A stretch of 64,000 nt of DNA from Zootoca vivipara (lineage: Eukaryota): positions 32,860,001 to 32,924,000 of the forward strand of contig NC_083288.1 of the NCBI RefSeq assembly GCF_963506605.1, in the 5' to 3' direction. Position 1 is the first letter of the stretch; each line of letters begins with the position of its first letter. This document shows positions 24,432 through 38,032 of the stretch, in pieces. A program made the position numbers and the translations under genes. The notes beneath the pieces are model-generated. The model had not been told where the DNA came from, searched no databases, and saw nothing but the letters and a program-made list of their open reading frames with translations.

Positions 24432-25180
24432 ATGTCAGTTTTAGTTGTTTTGCTGCTGGTACTGTTTCCTCACATGGTGTGCAAGGCTCACATGGTTAGA
24501 TGCAGTATTCATGTTCCTCACCCTCCACTTCATACATATCATCAGGCAGGAGACTTGATCATTGGTGCTGTTGTTTCTCACTTTGGCATTATAACCAATT
24601 CAATAATTCCCTTCACTGAAGAACCCCCACCAACATTATTGGAGGAGCTTGTGTAAGGTTTCATTCTCATTGATTTTGTCATTGCAATGATCAGTCCTAC
24701 CACTCCATTCAGAGTTGGGGTTTATCAGCACAGGTCAGGGATTTAGAACTGTCACAGTGTAGGCTAGATATATTCTGCAGCTGGTCCTATGGGGCTCCTC
24801 CTGCCCGTTAGCTCTTCTGCAGGTGTAAGGCCTTTTAAGTGTGCAACTGATGCTCTTTCCTCTGCAAGAAGTTCTGCTGCAAGAAGATCAAAACAGAGGA
24901 GGTTGAAATGATGAGGTCTCAGCAGAGAGGCGGGCTCTGTTCCTTGCAAATACAGGGGTGGGGAATCAGACATGCATTTTGCAATTGCGTACATTCAATT
25001 CTCAAAATGCAATTGCATATTGAATGTTGAGGCTTTGAATACACGTCGAGGATGGCTTGCAGTTCAACTGCACCTTTGCATTATTTGCATTCTACTGGGA
25101 TTATAAATGGCATTGGAAATCTTTTCCTTTTTAAAACTTTGTTTAAAAAGCAAGTCTATAAAAATATGAAAATTGAAACT

Positions 25181-25221
<41 letters not shown>

Positions 25222-26040
25222 TAAATATATACCTCTGTTTCTATAGGAAAAACCCTTTGTGTTTCCATATGTGTGTGGTTGCCTGTGTGTCTGGCTTTGC
25301 TTGCTGTTGTAATGCATTCCCAAACAGCTTTTCACTGGGATAATGCAGTCAGCCTGAGAAAAGGTTCCCACATCTGATCCAGGAGGCAGAAATGTGTAAT
25401 ATGCTAACATAAAGCAAGGGTTTGGGACTTAATGATTTCAAGGGACCATGCTGAATTTACTGTTCTGGAGTCAAATTGGTTTGCAAAACTGGATTTAACT
25501 CAGAATTTTTAATCCTGCCCTTCAATAGACTTGCCATTTATTCACTTCATATAAACCACATTAAACTAAAGACGGCCTTAATTAAAATAAGGGTGTATGC
25601 AGCTAAGTTCTGTTCAAAGAATGGTATTCCATTCTAGTCTTACACAGAGTAGACCCATTGAAAGTAATGGAGATGACTAAGTAAAACACCTTAATTTCAA
25701 TGGATCTACTCTGAGTAGAATTTAATTGGATACAATACACAGTCAGTGTGGTGTAGTGTATAAGCGTACAATGAAGCTCACTGGGTGACCTTGGGCCAGT
25801 CACTGCCCAATTTACTTCACATGGTTGTTGTGAGGATTAAATGAAGGGGGGAACCAGGGCTTTTTTTCCATCTGGAACTCATTGGAACTCAGTTCTAGCA
25901 CTTCTCTGGTGGGCGCCATTGCTATTATAAGAGGACAAGGGAGGTATGCATTATGAGTTCTGGCACATTAGAAAAATAGCACTAGGTGAAAACTTGTATG
26001 CCGCCTTGAGCTCTTGGAAGAAAATGGTAGGAAAGAAATG

Positions 26041-26130
<90 letters not shown>

Positions 26131-28578
26131 CCGTAATGAGTTTAAAAACTTAAATGCAACAATAAGGTCACAGATTAGCACAGAACACAGTGCCAATACT
26201 TAAACTAAGTGCGGATGTCCTTGCATGTAATATCTGGTACACAACACAACTCTCATTCTAGTGTACTACCTAAGTATTATCAGAATATCCTGGCCTTGGC
26301 ATTTGCAGTGAAGGAGATCAATGAAAACCCTGAGATCTTACCCAATCTTACGTTGGGCTTCCACATCTATGACAGCTATGACAATGCAAGGAGGACCTAT
26401 CATGCCTCATTGCTACTGCTATCAGCACTAAAGAGATTGCTTCCTAACTATGTATGTGACATTCAGCAAAATCTAATAGCAATCATTGGAGGACTGGAAC
26501 CCCAAATTTCTCTTTATGTGTCAACCATCCTGGATATCTATAAGATTCCACAGGTAAGTCATCATGTGTGGTGGTGGTTTGAGCATTCAACTCACACTTT
26601 CTTCAGTCTTCCAGATTTGTGTATGTGTGTATAATTAAAAGACAGAGGGAAAAGTGTTTTGGACCACATGATATGGATCTTAGAAAAATAAGACTACATG
26701 TACAGATAAAGGACAATAGTGTTTATAGTGCATTAATAAATTACGCAAACACATACACACACAGTTTGTGTTCCCAGTGTTCAAGTGGGTAAGCTTGGAC
26801 TTTTATCCCATTCAGAATTTTATTTTTTTTAATTTTTTGTTATTCTATTTGTATTTTATTCATAATTTTCATTTAGAACAAATATACATTTCAGCAACAG
26901 TTCAGCAATAATTCTAACATTTCAACATTCGACTTCCCTCCCCCTGTTTCTTCAGTTCCTTAAATTTATTTTCATCATTCCCTGCATATTCCAAATTATC
27001 TCAACTTATTCTTTAGTTCATCTGTTTTCATATATGTTTTTCAAGTTTCTACAATAATCCTGCCAATGTCTTCATCTGTTTGCAATTTGTTTGTAAATAT
27101 TCAATAAACCATTTCCATTCCTTTATAGAAAGTTTGTTGTCTTCATTTCCTATTCTTCCAGTAAGTTTTGCAATTTCTATTAATTTCTGTAGCCATTCTT
27201 CTCTCATCAGAACTTCTTCTTTCCATTTTTGGGCAAATAACATTTTTGCAGCTGCAGTTGCATACATAAATAAATTTCTATAATGTTTAGGTAGCTCTGA
27301 TCCCATAATTCCCAAGAGAAAAGCTTCTGAGTTTTTGTTTTTGTTTTTGTTTTTTTTACAAATGTTACCTTAAACATCTTTTCAATTCATTATATTCATT
27401 ATATACATTTCCCCGTAAGCTTTAACATTATTACAAGATCAGCACATATGGGAAAAGGTACCTTCTTTCTCTTTACATTTCCAACACTTATTCAATTTTG
27501 ATTTATACATTTTTGCCTGTCTACCAAGTGTTAGGTACCATCTATATAACATTTTCATATTATTTTCTCTTAAACCATAACATGCTGTAAATTTCATATC
27601 CATATTCCACAATCGTTCCCATGCTTCCATTTCTATGTTATGACCAATATCTATTGCCCAGTGTGTCATTGATGATTTCACTTGTTCATCTTTTGTCTCC
27701 TATTCCAAAAACATCTTATACATTTTAGACATCACTTTAACATTACAGTCTAAAAGGTCTCTCTCTGGTTGAGATAATTGTTCCCCAAACACCCATTTCA
27801 TATCCTTTTTAAATACTACATNNNNNNNNNNNNNNNNNNNNNNNNNNNNNNNNNNNNNNNNNNNNNNNNNNNNNNNNNNNNNNNNNNNNNNNNNNNNNNN
27901 NNNNNNNNNNNNNNNNNNNNNNNNNNNNNNNNNNNNNNNNNNNNNNNNNNNNNNNNNNNNAAACTCTTTTAATTTAAATTCTTCACCCTACTCTCTTAGC
28001 AAATTTCTATAGGTTACCCAATTTTCCTCCTCCACCACGACCACCTCCTTCTCCTCCTCCGCCACCTCTATGGCACCCAATGGTGAAAGCCAAAGTGGTG
28101 TTTTTGTGTCTAGTAAAGTTGTATATACAGACTTTTCCTAATTATATTCAGAAATTAAAATATTGCTTTTTCCTTTTTCTTTCTTGCAACCCGCATGTAG
28201 AATGAATATTGTTAGAGATTGAACAGTTTTTGGCTATATAACTACATATAATGTGAAGAGAACCACTTTTGTGTTATGCTTGTATATTTTATCTTAGTAG
28301 TAAATATTATTTTTATTATAGAGAGCCAGCGTGGTGTAGTGGTTAAGAGCGGTGGATTCGTAATCTGGTGAACCGGGTTCGCTTCCCCACTCCTCCACAT
28401 GCAGCTGCTGGGTGACCTTGGGCTAGTCCCACTTCTTTGAAGTCTTTCAGCTCCACTCACCTCACAGAGTGTTTGTTGTGGGGGAGGAAGGGAAAGGAGA
28501 ATGTTAGCCTCTTTGAGACTCCTTCGGGTGGTGATAAAGCAGGATATCAAATCCAAACTCTTCTCTTCATCTTCTATA

Positions 28579-28612
<34 letters not shown>

Positions 28613-31600
28613 ATGACTAGTGCTTTCTGCAAACCACTTCTGCATGGACAGGCCACCTGTCAACCCCAGAACATCTGTAGGAAGGAGGTGTATTTCGCAA
28701 ACTAGACCATAATTTTGACTGAAGCAACAATAAAAGACTCAAAACATGAGTAACTTATATTCAGGTGAGAGAGATTGTTCAGCCTGTGCAGCTAGGGTAA
28801 AAAAAAATTGACTAGATACTCATTGTAATGAGTGTTTTTTAATGATACACACATTTTTAATTTAATTTCTGAATATTAGTGAAAAGAATGACCTAGAATG
28901 GCCCAGCGGAGTTCCTCTCTCAGATATGAGCCCATGAAAATTGGAGTTGGCCAGACAGATTCATTGCATGAGAGCGATAACACACATTTACTTTACAGGG
29001 TTGTTGCAAGGATTGTTTGCACAATGTACACAAATAGCTATGAAGAATGTAAGTTGGTTTATAAATGCTGCTATTATTTCCCTCCATGCATCTCCCCTTA
29101 GGTTATATATGGCTCTACTCCAGTAATGAATGATAAAACCCCAGGCCTTTCCTTCTACCAGATGGTCCCTCAGGAAGCCCATCAGTATGTAGGGATTCTT
29201 TCTTTGCTCCTACATTTTAAGTGGACATGGATCGGGATCCTTATTATGGATGATGAGAATGGAGAAAGATTTGTGCAAGCTGCGTTTGCAGAATTTCCCC
29301 AGAAAGGTGTCTGTTTTGCCTTCATAGAAAGAGCTCCCAAATTCATTTCTGTCAGTCAGTTTAACGATATGCTACAGCAGGGTGCAAAAATATATGACCG
29401 TATCATGGGCAGCAAAGCTAACGCAGTGCTTTTCTATGGAGATTCTTATTCCATGGTGGTTCTGAGATGGTTGTTGTATCTACCAGCAATTGAGCATGTT
29501 GTAAACCAACCCAAAGGAAGAGTGTGGATAATGACAGCTCAGATGGAACTCATTTCTTTCCTCTATCAAAGGTATTGGGATACAGAAATAATCCATGGTG
29601 CTCTGTCTTTCACGATTCACTCAAATGATCCACCAGGATTCAAGACATTTGCTCAGAGAAGAAACCCTTCCAGCACAAAAGAAGATGGGTTTATCAGAGA
29701 CTTCTGGCACCAAGTCTTTGACTGTGACCTCCCAAATACTACTGTGGGTGAAGTGGATGGGAATATGTGCACTGGGAAAGAGAAGCTGGAGAGTCTTCCA
29801 GAGATCTTCTTTGAGATGAGCATGACTGGTCACAGCTATAGCATCTACAATGCTGTGTACGCAGTGGCACATGCTTTGCATGCCATATCGTCTTCAAGAG
29901 CCTTGGCAGAAAAAAGAGTACTGAACTTTCATAATCAAGATTCATGGCAGGTAATGGGCTCAACACCCTCAGAGAGCAGAGCACCATATCTGTGGCTGTT
30001 GCCAGGGCTGTCTTACCCATAGGTGCTAAGGGTGCGGGGAACCTGGGCGCCGGGCTCTCAGGGGTGCCAGGCCGAGAGTCCAGGGCCCAAGAGTTGAGTC
30101 CAGGGAAGAGCCCGCCTGTTGGTCGGAGCACCGTGGCAGGCTCTTCTGCGGTGCCTCTGCACCACGAGTTCGGGGGTGACTGAGCCAGCGAAACACTAAG
30201 GCAGGCAGCCGGTCGGCTCCACCTTCCTGTGTGCCTGGGATTGGGCAACCGGGGGGGGGCACCGGGTGGATCTTTGCACCCCAGTGTCGCATATGCTTAA
30301 GACAACCCTGTTGCATCAGCGTCTTAACTTTGTAGCAAACTCTCTAACCAATTTATTCGGCTGTTCACATCACCTCCCCATCAGTTAACAATGAAAGAGT
30401 AATCTACACTTTTGTCAGCCTCTTTTTTCTTGTGCCCAAGCTGCCTTTGAACTATTTAGGCCCTTGGACTATCTAGCTCAGTCTTCTCGATGCTGATAGT
30501 TGTTATAAAGAATTTTGGGCAGCTGTCTTTCTCAGACCTACCTGGGGATTCCAGAGAGTGAACAGTTGGGTCTTTGCATACAAAACCTGTGTTCTAAATG
30601 TGTGCTACCACCCAAACAGTGCTTATGTTGCTGTGACATTAGAGGCATTAAAATGTGATATACTATATGTTACACATGTGCATTAATTCTGTGCTGGGGC
30701 TCAATAATGATTTTATCTCACTCTGAGTCAAACTAGAATGTCAGGAAAGCTTCCCCAGTCTTTCAGTACTTTCTTCTTTTCTGAGAAAAACATATTTATG
30801 TGTTCTTATATTTATTTAGGTTTCTCTACTCTAGGTCAATGGGCTTTGCAAGAAATAAGTCTGTCTATTTGCTGCTTTTTGAGCAGTAAAGTGTTATGGT
30901 TAAAGCAAGGAACTAGGAACTTTTTTCCCTATGTAAAATCCTTATTACCATATTAAAAATTCTCCACTTCTCCACAGAAAATATTTCTTCTACAGAAGGA
31001 CTTACCAAGGTCAACGAACCAATGAATGAACTCAGGTCTCCTCTTTGTGTTTCCTGAAATGCATTTCAGTTGAACTCTCCTCATCCCCTGCCCCACAACA
31101 CTCTCCCTGCCCATTTTTCCAGTGTGTTCATCTTGGAACTGGTATTATATGGATCCTCATAGTTCTCCCAAATAGAAGAATAGTTTGAAAGCAGCTAGTA
31201 TGTCCTTTCCTCTTACCTGGAAGCTTCCTGGAATGATTTAGTGCAATGTAAAGGTGGGACATGGGACGTGGGTGGCACTGTGGTCTAATCCTAGGGCTTG
31301 CCGATCTGAAGGTCAGCAGTTCGAATCCCCGCGACGGGGTGAGCTCCCGTTGCTCGGTCCCAGCTCCTACCAACCTAGCAGTTCGAAAGCACGTCAAAGT
31401 GCAAGTAGATAAATAGGAATCGCTACAGTGGGAAGGTAAACGGTGTTTCCGTGTGCTGCTCTGGTTCGCCAGAAGCGGCTTTGTCATGCTGGCCACATGA
31501 CCTAGAAGCTGTATGCCGGCTCCCTTGGCCAATAATGCGAGATGAGCACCGCAACCCCAGAGTCGGTCGTGACTGGACCTAATGGTCAGGGGTCCCTTTA

Positions 31601-34600
31601 CCTATCACCCGAACAAAGAGTTGATTTCATTTATTGTATTTCTATGCCTCTTTTCATTCAAACTAATCTCTGCTTACAATCAATCAATAAAAATAACATA
31701 AAAAACATAATAGAACATCACCAAATACAGCATAAGTCATATAAAATAATGATACAAAGAATGAGTCTGACATAGTTGTTCCCCTACCAATAGACTATAG
31801 TATAGAGCAGGCATCCCCAAACTTCGGCCCTCCAGATGTTTTGGACTACAATTCCCACCATCCCTGACCACTGGTCCTGTTAGCTAGGGATTATGTGAGT
31901 TGTAGGCCAGAACATCTGGAGGGCTGCAGTTTGGGGATGCCTGGTATAGAGCATCCTGTTGCCCTTTTCTGATTTATTGACTTCACTTTTTCAACCTAGC
32001 TCCATCACTTTCTGAGAGGTATTTCATTTAACAACACTGCTGGGGATGAGGTTTCCTTCAATCACAACGGGGAATTGCTAGACGGATTTGATCTTATCAA
32101 CTTGATCGTTTCTGTAAACAAATCCTTCCACAGAGTGCACATTGGGAGGATCGACCCCAAAGCTCCTCCAGAGCAAGTTTTCAGCATCAATGAGAGTGCC
32201 ATCACATGGCCCAACTGGTTTAACCAGGTAGGATCCAACAGCTGGCAGTTTGGAAAGTCTTTCAATTTTGCATGGAAACACTTTTGAATAACAATTATTG
32301 CATTAGACAATGATAATGAATACCTATAAAATGCTGGTTGTTTCTTGGAAGAAGCACAGTGCATATGTCACAGTACCAGAATCAAAAAGCCCCTCAGAGT
32401 TTAGGGCACATGTTGGTAAATAATCCATACTAGCATTCCTTTCCTGCATGCACACGGAAGCTCATACCTATGACAAACTTAGTTAGTCTCTAAGGTGCTA
32501 CTGGAATGATTTTTTTTATTTTATTCTTTCCTGATCAGTTATCCTACATCAAGTGTCAGTCTCAGCTTCATTTGGAATCTCTTTGTCTTCCGTTCCCCTG
32601 TCAATCTCTCTCTCTGAAGGTTATATGACATCTGGATGAGCTTGAAGGCTGGCATTCTCTCACCAAACCCACCCTTGCCAACCTACAGCCCCTCATGTCT
32701 GAATACTAGTATGGCCACTTGCAAAAAAGCAGCTAACCTAACAGATTCTATGGAATGCCTGTGTTGGGCAAGTTAGGTCCTATATGTTTCTGCCCCCATT
32801 TTATGTTCTTTACTTTATTAACTGAGAAATGTTTTTTGGGGGGAAATTGATATATATGCTACTTTATTTATTTTTATATATTCAATTATATATCGCCCAT
32901 TATCAAAGATCAATGAAACTGTGACACAGTTGCTCAAAATTGCGATGCTCAAGAGGATTGAAACAAGATTGAAAGTAGAAACAAAGCAGATACAAAAAAA
33001 ATTAAATATTATACTATAGGATAAAATGAACATGAAAGACTACCTATGTATATATGTGAAAATCCAAGCCACATTATACCAGTATATCATATTTATACTA
33101 TTAAAGGGAAAGGGACCCCTGACCATTAGGTCCAGTCGTGACCGACTGGGGTTGCGGTGCTCATCTCGTGTTATTGGCCGAGGGAGCCGGCGTACAGCTT
33201 CCAGGTCATGTGGCCAGCATGACAAAGCCGCTTCTGGCGAACCAGAGCAGCACACAGAAACACCGTTTACCTTCCCGCTGTAGCGGTACCTATTTATCTA
33301 CTTGCAATATGATGTGCTTTCGAACTGCTAGGTTGGCAGGAGCAGGGACGGAGCAACGGGAGCTCACCCCGGATTCGAACCGCCGACCTTCTGATTGGCA
33401 AGCCCTAGGCTCTGTGGTTTAACCCACAGCGCCACCCGCATCCCATCTATTTAAACTATTAGGTAATAGTAAAAGTGTTATTCTTAACATTGATTTGCAT
33501 TTATTATCCAGGTGCTGTATTAAGCATTGCCTGTAATTGGAGCAAATTGTATGCTTCCAAGATTGTTTCAACCTAGAGTCAATGGTGAAACTTCCACATA
33601 GGAAGAAAATGAGGTAATAAATTTACACAGAACTGGTTGACAAAAATAGGAACTTAATTTTGTAACTTTAAAAAAAATAAAGAAAAGTAAGACACTTGTA
33701 GGCTATCAAATGCTATCTGTTGAACACATTCACATACGAATGGAATGTAGTATTTCTTTGGTAAGATAAGGAAAGACCCTCCAAACCTTAAAGGCTCCAG
33801 ATTCCTTCTTCTCAAGACTATGGTTCATTATTATTTATTATTATTATTATTTATGGGTTAGACACAGCCTCTTTCTGTCTGCACTGAGAGTTGCCGTCCT
33901 GGTTCTAGGAAGAAAGCAAAAGATGGAGAGCCATTTTGTTGCTATGATTGTATTCCATGCCCAATAGGGAAGATTTCAGACCAGAAAGGTAAGAAAAAAG
34001 AAAGTCTGTGCTTCGGAGAATTGACATGTAAAAGAGGATTGCTTTTCTTTAGTGCTTGGAAAGGTTTTGTTTTGAATGTCTATGAAGAAGACACTGAAAA
34101 GCAAAGAAACTGGTGTGTGATTGAAAATCACTTCCCATTATTATAGCATTACTATATGTGTGGTCCTTACTGTTTTTCTTTTCATATATATGCAGAAATT
34201 GCATATATTTTTCCTATTTAATGAAATCTGCAAAGTTGGGGGAAAAGTTGGGGACTGTCCAAATTGCTTTTAAAACCCAATATTCTTTTAACACCTCCAT
34301 AATTCTGAAATATTTAAATTAGTATTGCGAAATTCCACAGTACCACAATAGAATACAGTTTGTAATTTTGAATAAATTGCATGGATCAGATTTCTGGCAT
34401 GTTTGTGAAACCAAGAAAATCTTTTCCTCTTCAGACAGGAATGAGTGTCACAAATGCAAAGATGAAAACTATCCAAACAAAAACCGGGATTTCTGTATTC
34501 CTAAGAATGTAACCTTCTTGTCCTATGAAGAAGCTTTGGGGCTCAGTTTAACATGTTTTGCTGTTTCCTTTGCTCTTAATACAGCTCTGGTGCTAGGAAC

Positions 34601-35336
34601 ATTTATGAAGCACCATGACACTCCCATAGTCATAGCAAACAACAGGAACCTCACTTACACTCTCCTCATCTCCCTCCTGCTCTGCTTCCTCTGTGCATTG
34701 CTATTTATTGGCCAGCCTCAGAAGGTGACCTGTCTCCTCCGACAAACTGCTTTTGGTGTCATCTTCTCTGTTGTTATTTCTTGTGTGTTGGCAAAAACCA
34801 TCACAGTGGTTCTGGCATTCATGGCCACCAAACCAGGATCCAGGATGAGGAAGTGGATAGGGAAAAGACTGACCAACTCTATTGTTCTTTTCTGTTCTTT
34901 TGTCCAGTTAGGCATTTGTATTGTGTGGCTGGCAACTTCTCCCCCATACCCAGATGTAGATATGCACTCAATGACTGAAGAAATTGTACTAGAATGTAAT
35001 GAGGAGTCTGTGATAATGTTTTATTGTGTCCTGATCTACATGGGCTGCCTGGCAATTATCAGTTTCACTGTAGCTTTCCTTGCCAGGAAGTTACCCGACA
35101 ATTTCAATGAAGCCAAGTTTATCACTTTCAGCATGTTGGTTTTTTGCAGTGTTTGGCTGTCCTTTATTCCCTCCTACCTGAGCACCAAAGGAAAATACAT
35201 GGTAGCTGTGGAGATCTTCTCTATTTTAGCCTCCAGTGCTGGGATTCTGGTGTGCATCTTTGCCCCAAAATGTTACATTATTTTGTTAAGGCCTGAAATG
35301 AACAATAAGGAAGAGCTTGTAAGAAGGAAAAAATGA
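24432..35336 (+). CDS. V2R gene 3; 872 aa; join(24432..24652,26262..26553,29102..29950,32000..32227,33862..33988,34435..35336)
   Basis: GT-AG introns, continuous frame (2619 nt), all V2R motifs; intron 2 contains an assembly gap. Confidence 0.92.
26042..26128. repeat. (TG)n(AG)n compound microsatellite
   Basis: Direct reading. Confidence 0.95.
26815..28010 (-). mobile_element. L1 LINE 3' fragment including the C-terminal CCHC-type region; spans an assembly gap
   Basis: Minus ORFs [24 protein letters not shown] and [28 protein letters not shown]. Confidence 0.82.
27822..27960. other. Assembly gap (N run)
   Basis: Ns. Confidence 1.
28321..28611 (+). mobile_element. Squam3-like tRNA-derived SINE with simple-repeat tail
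   Basis: A box TGGTGTAGTGG, B box GGTTCGCTTCC, body GGGTGACCTTGGGC..CCTCACAGAGTG, (CTT)/(CTA)n tail. Confidence 0.82.
30003..30310. mobile_element. GC-rich hAT-type MITE
   Basis: TIR CAGGGCTGTCTTA / TAAGACAACCCTG (12/13 match); TSD only partly preserved (TTGC). Confidence 0.7.
31263..31603 (+). mobile_element. Sauria SINE
   Basis: Full-length copy. Confidence 0.9.
31808..31943. mobile_element. 136-bp hAT (Charlie-type) MITE, TSD GTATAGAG
   Basis: TIR CAGGCATCCCCAAACT; perfect 8-bp TSD at 31800-31807 and 31944-31951. Confidence 0.92.
33102..33444 (-). mobile_element. Sauria SINE
   Basis: Full-length reverse copy; imperfect TSD TATTTA(T/A)ACTATT. Confidence 0.9.
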
Positions 35337-35871
35337 AGAATTTAAGTCTGTAATTTGTTACACATCAGGGTGGGGAACCTCCGGTTTGCAGGCCAGTCTT
35401 CATCCACCAGAGAATCTAATTTGGCCTGCCAGGCCATTTGCACAAAACTGTGCACAGCTGCCCATCAATTGGTGTCACTGGTGGAAAGGGATTAATATTG
35501 CATAGGCTTCCCCATCCTGTAGGGAATATAATTATACAGTGTTTCATCTTTGCTATGCTGATGAGTAGAGAGGCAATATAAGTTGAAAATAGGGACTTAA
35601 AGGGGAAGAATTGCAAATACTTTTGAAAGCTTCCTCCCTCTTACCCTTTAAGTTCTTAATCTCAGGAAACATGAAGAAGGTTGCAAAGGTTTTCGTGAGT
35701 CTCTTTTAAGACCCCACCTTGTTCTGATCTTCCTTCCCTTCCAAATGAACATCTTATGAGTGCAGGAAGAGTTGGAAGAGTTGATTCCACTGCCTTTGCT
35801 TGTGCAACCTACTTCTCCTTCCCACTAATGGAGAAAGGTCACACGTAGAAAGTCAATCTTAAGCTCTTAGC

Positions 35872-36007
35872 CAGGCATCCCCAAACTGCGGCCCTCCAGA
35901 TGTTTTGGCCTACAACTCCCATGATCCCTAGCTAACAGGACCAGTTGTTGGGGAAGATGGGAATTGTAGTCCAAAACATCTGGAGGGCTGAAGTTTGGGG
36001 GTGCCTG
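35872..36007. mobile_element. 136-bp hAT MITE, TSD CTCTTAGC (opposite orientation to the 31808 copy)
   Basis: TIRs and perfect 8-bp TSD. Confidence 0.92.
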
Positions 36008-36484
36008 CTCTTAGCAAAAGCACCCTTTGAAGCAGCCTCCATTCCCACCTTCAAAACAGGAAAACCCACTGTTTAGCGTTGAATCGGAGCATGCTTCAGC
36101 CAAGTTTTCCACACATTGATGTTTGCTTCTATTCTGTATTAAAGAGTGGGTTTTCCCAGGGGAAGCAGTGGGGGAAAGGGATCCATGCCTAGAAAGCAAG
36201 GAAGACATGGAAAACTGCTCTAGGATGAGCCCTAGGTCTTGATGACAGTGAACCATAGTGTGAAGGAAGTACGAAACTGGCTACTGCCTGAGCCCACATG
36301 ATCCTGTCTCCTCTGCTTGGGATAAGTAGCTATAAGCCTTTCCCCCTTAACATTTAGGCCAACTATATAGCTGGGAATGTAGTTAATTTTGACTAGCTGA
36401 TTGGCACAGTTTTAGTGAGCCAATGTATAGTTTAGCAATGGTTAAATTGCATCCATTTTTTATCTTGCATGTGGTGATTCAGAG

Positions 36485-36860
36485 TGCTGGTTTGAACCTA
36501 TAAGGCCTTAAAAGGCTCAGAACCGCAATACCTCAATAACTGCCTCTCCCCATATCCAACCTGGACTCTGTGTTCATCATCTGAGCCCTTTTTCACGTGC
36601 CTTTTCCACATGAGGTCCAGTGGGTGGCAACATGAGAACAGACTTTTTCGCAGTAGCTCCCTGCTTGTGGAATGCTCTGCTCAGGAAATTACATCTGACC
36701 AACTTCTTTATACACCTTTAGGCACCAGGCAAAAATGTTCCCCTATAACCAGGCCTTTGGCTGATCAATATTCTACAGCCTTTTAAGTGTGCTGGTGGGG
36801 TGGGGGTGGGGCTATTTTGTTGTTGCTTTTGTTTAAACTATTGTGTTTCTATCTTGTGAA
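36485..36860 (+). mobile_element. L2-type LINE 3' fragment
   Basis: Shares GGGTGGCAACATGAGAAC..TTGTGGAAT..CCTTTAGG..CCAGGCAAAA with the copy at about 62580; family assignment from recalled consensus. Confidence 0.6.
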
Positions 36861-37458
36861 AACATTTACAAATGAATTGACTGCTTTATTTATTTCATTC
36901 CATTTATGAACCACACATTTAAAACAATTACACATATAAAAACAATTACAATAATTTCATGGGTTTTTGCCTCCTCAGTTTTTTGGGACCCCAGTTTCAG
37001 CTGCCATTTGTGTCTGTTATTGTGCATTGGTTAGTTGTTAGCTCCTTGGGTAGAATTTATATCCCTGCTTACTTCTCCTAATCAGAAGGAAAGCTTCCCT
37101 CTGGCCTGCCTCTCTGATAATTTTAGACTGAGCTGCACTCTGAGCTGTAGCCTTGCATTGTCTTTTCACTTCATCCATATGATCTCTTAAGTCAATCAGA
37201 GTCAACCTTCCATTATTTCTTCTTCTGCAGCAAGGATGGGCAACATTTGGCTCACCAGTTTCTCTCATTTTAACCCAGCATGACCATTGGTCAGAGATGA
37301 TGGGTGTTGTAGTCAAACAACATATGGAGGACACCTCACTAGTTATCATTGCCTTCTCCATTCTATAGTTTATTTATCTCATTTACTAGTTTCTTGCTCT
37401 TTAAGTAGTATCATCAATGAAGGTGAAGGTTGATTTACATGAATGCATGGATTGAATA

Positions 37459-37795
37459 CAGTCATACCTCGGTTTAAGTACGCCTCGATTTGAGTACTTT
37501 CAGTTTAAGTACTCCACGGACCCATCTGGAATGGATTAATCCACTTTCTATTACTTTAAATGGGAAAGATCGCTTCAGGTTAAGTACACTTCAGGTTAAG
37601 TACGGACTTCCAGAACCAATTACACCCATACTTCAGGTTAAGTATGCTTCAGGTTGAGTACTCTGCGGACGCGTCTGGAACAGATTAATCCACTTTCCAT
37701 TACTTTCAATGGGAAAGTTCACTTCAGGTTAAGTACGCTTCAGGTTAAGTACAGACTTCCAGAACCAATTGTGTACTTAAACCGAAGTACCACTG
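37459..37795. mobile_element. Tigger/pogo-like MITE with internal tandem duplication, TA TSD
   Basis: TIR CAGTCATACCTCGGTTTAAGTAC / GTACTTAAACCGAAGTACCACTG; TA on both sides; repeated CTTCAGGTTAAGTA units. Confidence 0.85.
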
Positions 37796-38032
37796 TATAA
37801 ATTTATATTTAATCTATGAACGCATGGATTAAATATAAATTTGGCTGGCGGCCTGGCTGCAAATGTTATTTAACAAGAATTGAGGACAGAACTTCCTAAG
37901 CAAAATTTAAAGCAAATAATTTATTCTCTAGCTCCAGATAACTGTTTATTATTTATAACGTTCTTTTCTTGCTGTATGTCATTCCAAGTCCAATTGTCCC
38001 TTGCTAGCTAAGTGGAAGAGAAAATATCTGTT

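Noticed and set aside
37459-37795. Regularly repeated CTTCAGGTTAAGTA and CTACTTACGAA units resembling a CRISPR-like array
   Set aside because: Subterminal repeats of Tigger-like MITEs in a vertebrate genome; no unique spacers or cas genes
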